Shown piece by piece: positions 60,894 to 64,000 of a stretch of DNA of 64,000 nucleotides. Each line of letters begins with the position of its first letter. Position 1 is the first letter of the stretch. The DNA is taken from positions 65,808 through 129,807 of the IMG/VR virus record IMGVR_UViG_3300033120_000864. One strand, 5' to 3'. This DNA is from a virus (taxonomy: Duplodnaviria; Caudoviricetes). Both the position numbers and the translations under genes were made by a program. The notes under the pieces are model-generated. The model was not told the DNA's origin, did no database searches, and saw only the letters and a program-made list of their open reading frames with translations.

Positions 60894-61838
60894 ATGAAAA
60901 GAATAGGAAATCTTTATGGAAAAATAATAGATATAAAGAATTTGTATCTAGCAGAGAAAAAAGCAAGAAGAGGAAAAGGTAACAGAAAGGAGATAATAGA
61001 ATATGTAGATAAACTAGATGAAAATATTCTAGATTTACATTTAAAACTTCTCAGTGGAACCTATACTACAGGTGAGTATTATCATTTTATAATACATGAG
61101 CCAAAGAAGAGAGATATTGATAAGCTTCCATATAAAGATAGAGTAGTACATCATGCTATTTTAAACATATTAGAACCTATATTTGTAAATACATTTGTAA
61201 GTACAACTTATAGTTGTATAAAGAAAAGAGGAATTCATAAGTGTTTAAAAGATCTAAATAAAGGACTTATAGATAAAGAGAATACTAAATACTGTCTAAA
61301 AGTAGATATTAAAAAATTTTATCCTTCTATTTCTCATACAATTCTTAAAAAATTGTTAAGAACTAAATTTAAGGATAAAGAGCTTTTATATCTTCTAGAT
61401 GATATTATAGATTCTATAGCTGGAATACCATTAGGAAGTTATACTTCTCAATGGTTTGGTAATTTTTATTTGAATAAATTTGATCATTGGATAAAACAAG
61501 ACAAGAAAGTTAAGTATTATTACAGATATTGTGATGATATTGTAATCTTAGGATCAAATAAGGAAGATTTACATAATCTAAGGAAAGAAATAGAATTATA
61601 TCTCTTAGAAAACTTGGAGTTAGAACTTTCTAATTACCAAGTATTTCCCATAGAAAAAAGAGGTATAAATTTTGTTGGTTATGTCAGTTTTCACTCACAT
61701 ATAAAGCTAAGAAAGAGTATTAAGCAAAGATTTAAGAGGATGTTATTAAAATATCCAAATAGAAAGTCTATTGCTTCATATTATGGATGGCTAGCTCATT
61801 GTGATTCAGTCAATCTACAGAACAAGTATATCACCTAA
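60894..61838 (+). CDS. DGR-type reverse transcriptase
   Basis: 314 aa; EPKKRDI..LPYKDRVVHHA, LKVDIKKFYPSI, GIPLGSYTSQ (DGR-type SQ motif), YRYCDD; no maturase or endonuclease extension. Confidence 0.95.
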   Translation: MKRIGNLYGKIIDIKNLYLAEKKARRGKGNRKEIIEYVDKLDENILDLHLKLLSGTYTTGEYYHFIIHEPKKRDIDKLPYKDRVVHHAILNILEPIFVNTFVSTTYSCIKKRGIHKCLKDLNKGLIDKENTKYCLKVDIKKFYPSISHTILKKLLRTKFKDKELLYLLDDIIDSIAGIPLGSYTSQWFGNFYLNKFDHWIKQDKKVKYYYRYCDDIVILGSNKEDLHNLRKEIELYLLENLELELSNYQVFPIEKRGINFVGYVSFHSHIKLRKSIKQRFKRMLLKYPNRKSIASYYGWLAHCDSVNLQNKYIT

Positions 61839-61850
61839 ACACCAACAATC

Positions 61851-62153
61851 ATGCAAAAGTTTTTATTTAAGTTGATGGCACAAATCAGCTTTTTCTTTTT
61901 TATAGCATTTGTATCTACATATCTGACAGATTATTTAGTTTCAATTAATTTCTTTAAGGAAGCAGATCCTGAAAAGTATATTAATGACTCATTTAATTGT
62001 CATTATATGTGGTCAAGCAAACACTACATCTATGCTTGGTTCAAATTTATTATATTCTGTATGGCTATAATCAGAATAATAATTTGGGCATTCCAATCTT
62101 TTGAAAAAGAAACAATAGGAGATAATTATTATGAATACAGAGGTAAACTCTGA
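61851..62153 (+). CDS. Two-TM membrane protein
   Basis: 100 aa with two hydrophobic helices. Confidence 0.6.
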   Translation: MQKFLFKLMAQISFFFFIAFVSTYLTDYLVSINFFKEADPEKYINDSFNCHYMWSSKHYIYAWFKFIIFCMAIIRIIIWAFQSFEKETIGDNYYEYRGKL

Positions 62154-62475
62154 CAAGTAATAGGCTATTCTGGTTGTACTCTAACATTAAGAGATGGAAC
62201 AGAAGTAACAACAAAAGTAGATTCATATCCTACATTTGTACCAAAACATCTAGCTACACAAAAATAAAACATTCACAAACAATCAAAACAAACAAAGCAA
62301 CGTCATGTACAACCCTTTTCAAAAAACTAAAGAAGACAGAGCTCTCCTCAAACAAATGAAAGCTCAATGGAAAAACAATATGCACACAACACACTCTGAA
62401 CTATCAAGGATGGGTCTGTCTGCTGAGCAGATCTGGAGAAGGAATTTAGTTATAAACAGCTAAATCCTACACACA

Positions 62476-63027
62476 ATGGTAAAGAAATTTATTGAAGGCG
62501 TTATATTTAACGCTAAATGGCTTCTCATTCCTTTTTACATAGTGCTGATCCTTACTTTAGGAGTCTACACATATTTTGATATCAAAGCTTTTGTTGACTA
62601 TATGCTCAATATTAAGCACATTGATAAAGAAGGCGCAATGCTTACCTTTATTGAGTTGATAGATATCACTATGATAGCAAATTTAGGTAAGATGATTATC
62701 ACTGGTAGCTACAACTCTTTTGTCTCCAAAGAACATGGGGAACAAGGAGAAAATGTCAGTTCAGGTATGCTTAAAGTAAAAATGGCTACATCTCTAGTAG
62801 GTGTAACTGCTATTGCTTTATTGCAAAAATCTATTGACATAGCTAGTGTAGATTGGGATACACTATATAAGCTAGGATATGTTCATGGCATATTCTTATG
62901 TTCTGCTTTAGTACTAGAAATAGTAGACTTTCTCCATGAAAAACTTGAATGCACTAAAGAAGCTAATGAGCATAAAGAAACTGCTCCTAAGCATATTGAA
63001 GTGAGAGACAAGATGGGTAGTATTTAA
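62476..63027 (+). CDS. UPF0114/YqhA-family membrane protein
   Basis: WLLIPFY, LIDITMIANL..MIITGSYNSFVSK and LKVKMATSLVGVTAIALL match the family pattern. Confidence 0.8.
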   Translation: MVKKFIEGVIFNAKWLLIPFYIVLILTLGVYTYFDIKAFVDYMLNIKHIDKEGAMLTFIELIDITMIANLGKMIITGSYNSFVSKEHGEQGENVSSGMLKVKMATSLVGVTAIALLQKSIDIASVDWDTLYKLGYVHGIFLCSALVLEIVDFLHEKLECTKEANEHKETAPKHIEVRDKMGSI

Positions 63028-63051
63028 TTTTTTAACCAACACAATCAACAA

Positions 63052-63585
63052 ATGAAGAAAATTTTCATTTTTGGTCTGATAGCTATAATGGCTATGTGCT
63101 CATGTGAATCACACACTCACAAAGAGAAAGATTGGACAAGTGCCAATCAGGATGTAAAGTGCTATAAAGAGAAAAAACAAAACTCTGATGGCACATGGGA
63201 ATATGTATATTGGTATATGCTTTTGACACACAATAGTGGTGGCAATGTATATCATTACTACAGTTCACCAACAGCTATAAATTCTGTAAGTGGCATTAAC
63301 TGGACTACGTCCACAACTGCTCCTATAGACTTTAATAATAGCAATAGCTTTGAGGAATCTACAGGATTTCAAACAAGCATATCAGAGCTGCCTCAGGATA
63401 TACAAAGTGACTTCACTGAAAGCCAGGGTTTTGAATCACCCAATAGTGATGCAAATGATCCAGGTTATACAGAGAGCTCAGGCTTTGAAAGTAGTCCATC
63501 ATCAGATAATAGCTCAAGCACAGAATCTAGTAGTTCTGATGGAGGAGGTGATTCAGGTGGCGGAGATGGAGGAGGAGGCGATTAA
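63052..63585 (+). CDS. Putative lipoprotein with Ser/Gly/Asp-rich tail
   Basis: MKKIFIFGLIAIMAMCSC signal peptide II-like N-terminus; three ESxGF repeats; low-complexity C-terminus. Confidence 0.65.
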   Translation: MKKIFIFGLIAIMAMCSCESHTHKEKDWTSANQDVKCYKEKKQNSDGTWEYVYWYMLLTHNSGGNVYHYYSSPTAINSVSGINWTTSTTAPIDFNNSNSFEESTGFQTSISELPQDIQSDFTESQGFESPNSDANDPGYTESSGFESSPSSDNSSSTESSSSDGGGDSGGGDGGGGD

Positions 63586-63596
63586 TACATAATAGT

Positions 63597-63812
63597 ATGA
63601 AAGCAAACATCGTAGTACAACTGACAGGAGCTACGTTAGATAAAATGTATAAAGGCTGTTTAGGTATCACTTTGGTAGACAAAGGACCTAAAACAACAGT
63701 GGGTATTTATACACCTCAACAAGAAGGGAAGAATGCTTTTGTAAAGAAAGTAGACTTCAATGATGGAGATCTAACAGTAGTAGGGGAAGTTCCTCTAAAA
63801 CCTTTAAATTAA
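63597..63812 (+). CDS. Small hypothetical protein
   Basis: 71 aa ORF. Confidence 0.55.
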   Translation: MKANIVVQLTGATLDKMYKGCLGITLVDKGPKTTVGIYTPQQEGKNAFVKKVDFNDGDLTVVGEVPLKPLN

Positions 63813-63829
63813 GGTTTTCTCTAAAGATA

Positions 63830-63975
63830 AGCTAGGTTAGTTCAATGGCACCAAACAGGGTTCGGAAATTCATAAAATATCTCTTAGGAGATGGTTTTAC
63901 CAATTGAAGACGGAAGTTTGGGTAGAACGCTACTATTACATAGTAGAAAATGAGGTTCGATTCCTCACCTAGTTC
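63830..63975 (+). tRNA. tRNA-Val(TAC)-like gene with 71-nt structured insertion in the D-loop
   Basis: Acceptor AGCTAGG/CCTAGTT; D stem GTTC(63840-43)/GAAC(63925-28); anticodon arm CTACT-ATTACAT-AGTAG; T arm TGAGG-TTCGATT-CCTCA. Confidence 0.7.
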
Positions 63976-63980
63976 AATAT

Positions 63981-64000
63981 GGTGTATGTAGTTCAGGTGG
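63981..64000 (+). tRNA. Probable start of another tRNA, cut by the window edge
   Basis: GGTGTATG-TA-GTTC-AGGTGG resembles an acceptor 5' strand plus D arm. Confidence 0.4.

Larger units (their letters stand above)
59417..61838 (+). mobile_element. Diversity-generating retroelement with two target-TR cassettes and one RT
   Basis: Order target1(VR1)-TR1-target2(VR2)-TR2-RT; adenine-only TR/VR mismatches in both pairs; DGR-type RT motifs. Confidence 0.95.

Noticed and set aside
60894-61838. RT as a group II intron, retron or Abi-type RT
   Set aside because: Short length, SQ motif, no maturase or VTG-type region, and two adenine-specific TR/VR pairs next to it identify it as DGR-type.
62174-62359. 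61-aa plus-strand ORF with TTG start
   Set aside because: Non-ATG start and no motif; probably overlaps other short frames, so the real coding frame cannot be assigned.
63350-63592. 80-aa ORF overlapping the lipoprotein gene
   Set aside because: Alternative frame over a low-complexity Ser/Gly tail; no independent support.
1-64000. Stop-codon reassignment, as in some crAss-like lineages
   Set aside because: Multi-kilobase ORFs are intact under the standard code, genes abut tightly, TGA and TAG both end genes, and no suppressor tRNA was seen in the window.

Overview
About 64 kb of an AT-rich crAss-like phage genome (Crassvirales), standard genetic code. The host is probably a Bacteroidota, from repeated TTTG-N20-TAnnTTTG promoters. 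The minus strand (1 to ~54.8 kb) carries the late/virion module: terminase, portal, major capsid protein, capsid and tail proteins, lysis genes, a GH108 endolysin, injected cargo proteins, a 3870-aa virion RNA polymerase (DFDID motif), and a second giant zincin-containing protein that runs off the left edge. The plus strand (from ~55.4 kb) carries small early-type genes, tRNA-like elements and the most notable feature, an atypical diversity-generating retroelement (DGR) at 59.4-61.8 kb. Two paralogous small non-tail target genes are each followed by their own template repeat (TR), and both share one 314-aa reverse transcriptase. No avd gene or long IMH-like invariant segment is recognisable. 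All 41 TR/VR mismatches fall on TR adenines, 41 of 47 adenines are changed, and 36 of the 41 changes are A-to-G. Both TRs sit inside the same predicted RNA fold with compensatory base changes. Two aberrant tRNA-like elements are also present, one with a 71-nt structured insertion in its D-loop. Product names come from motif recognition and gene order only; no database searches were run.
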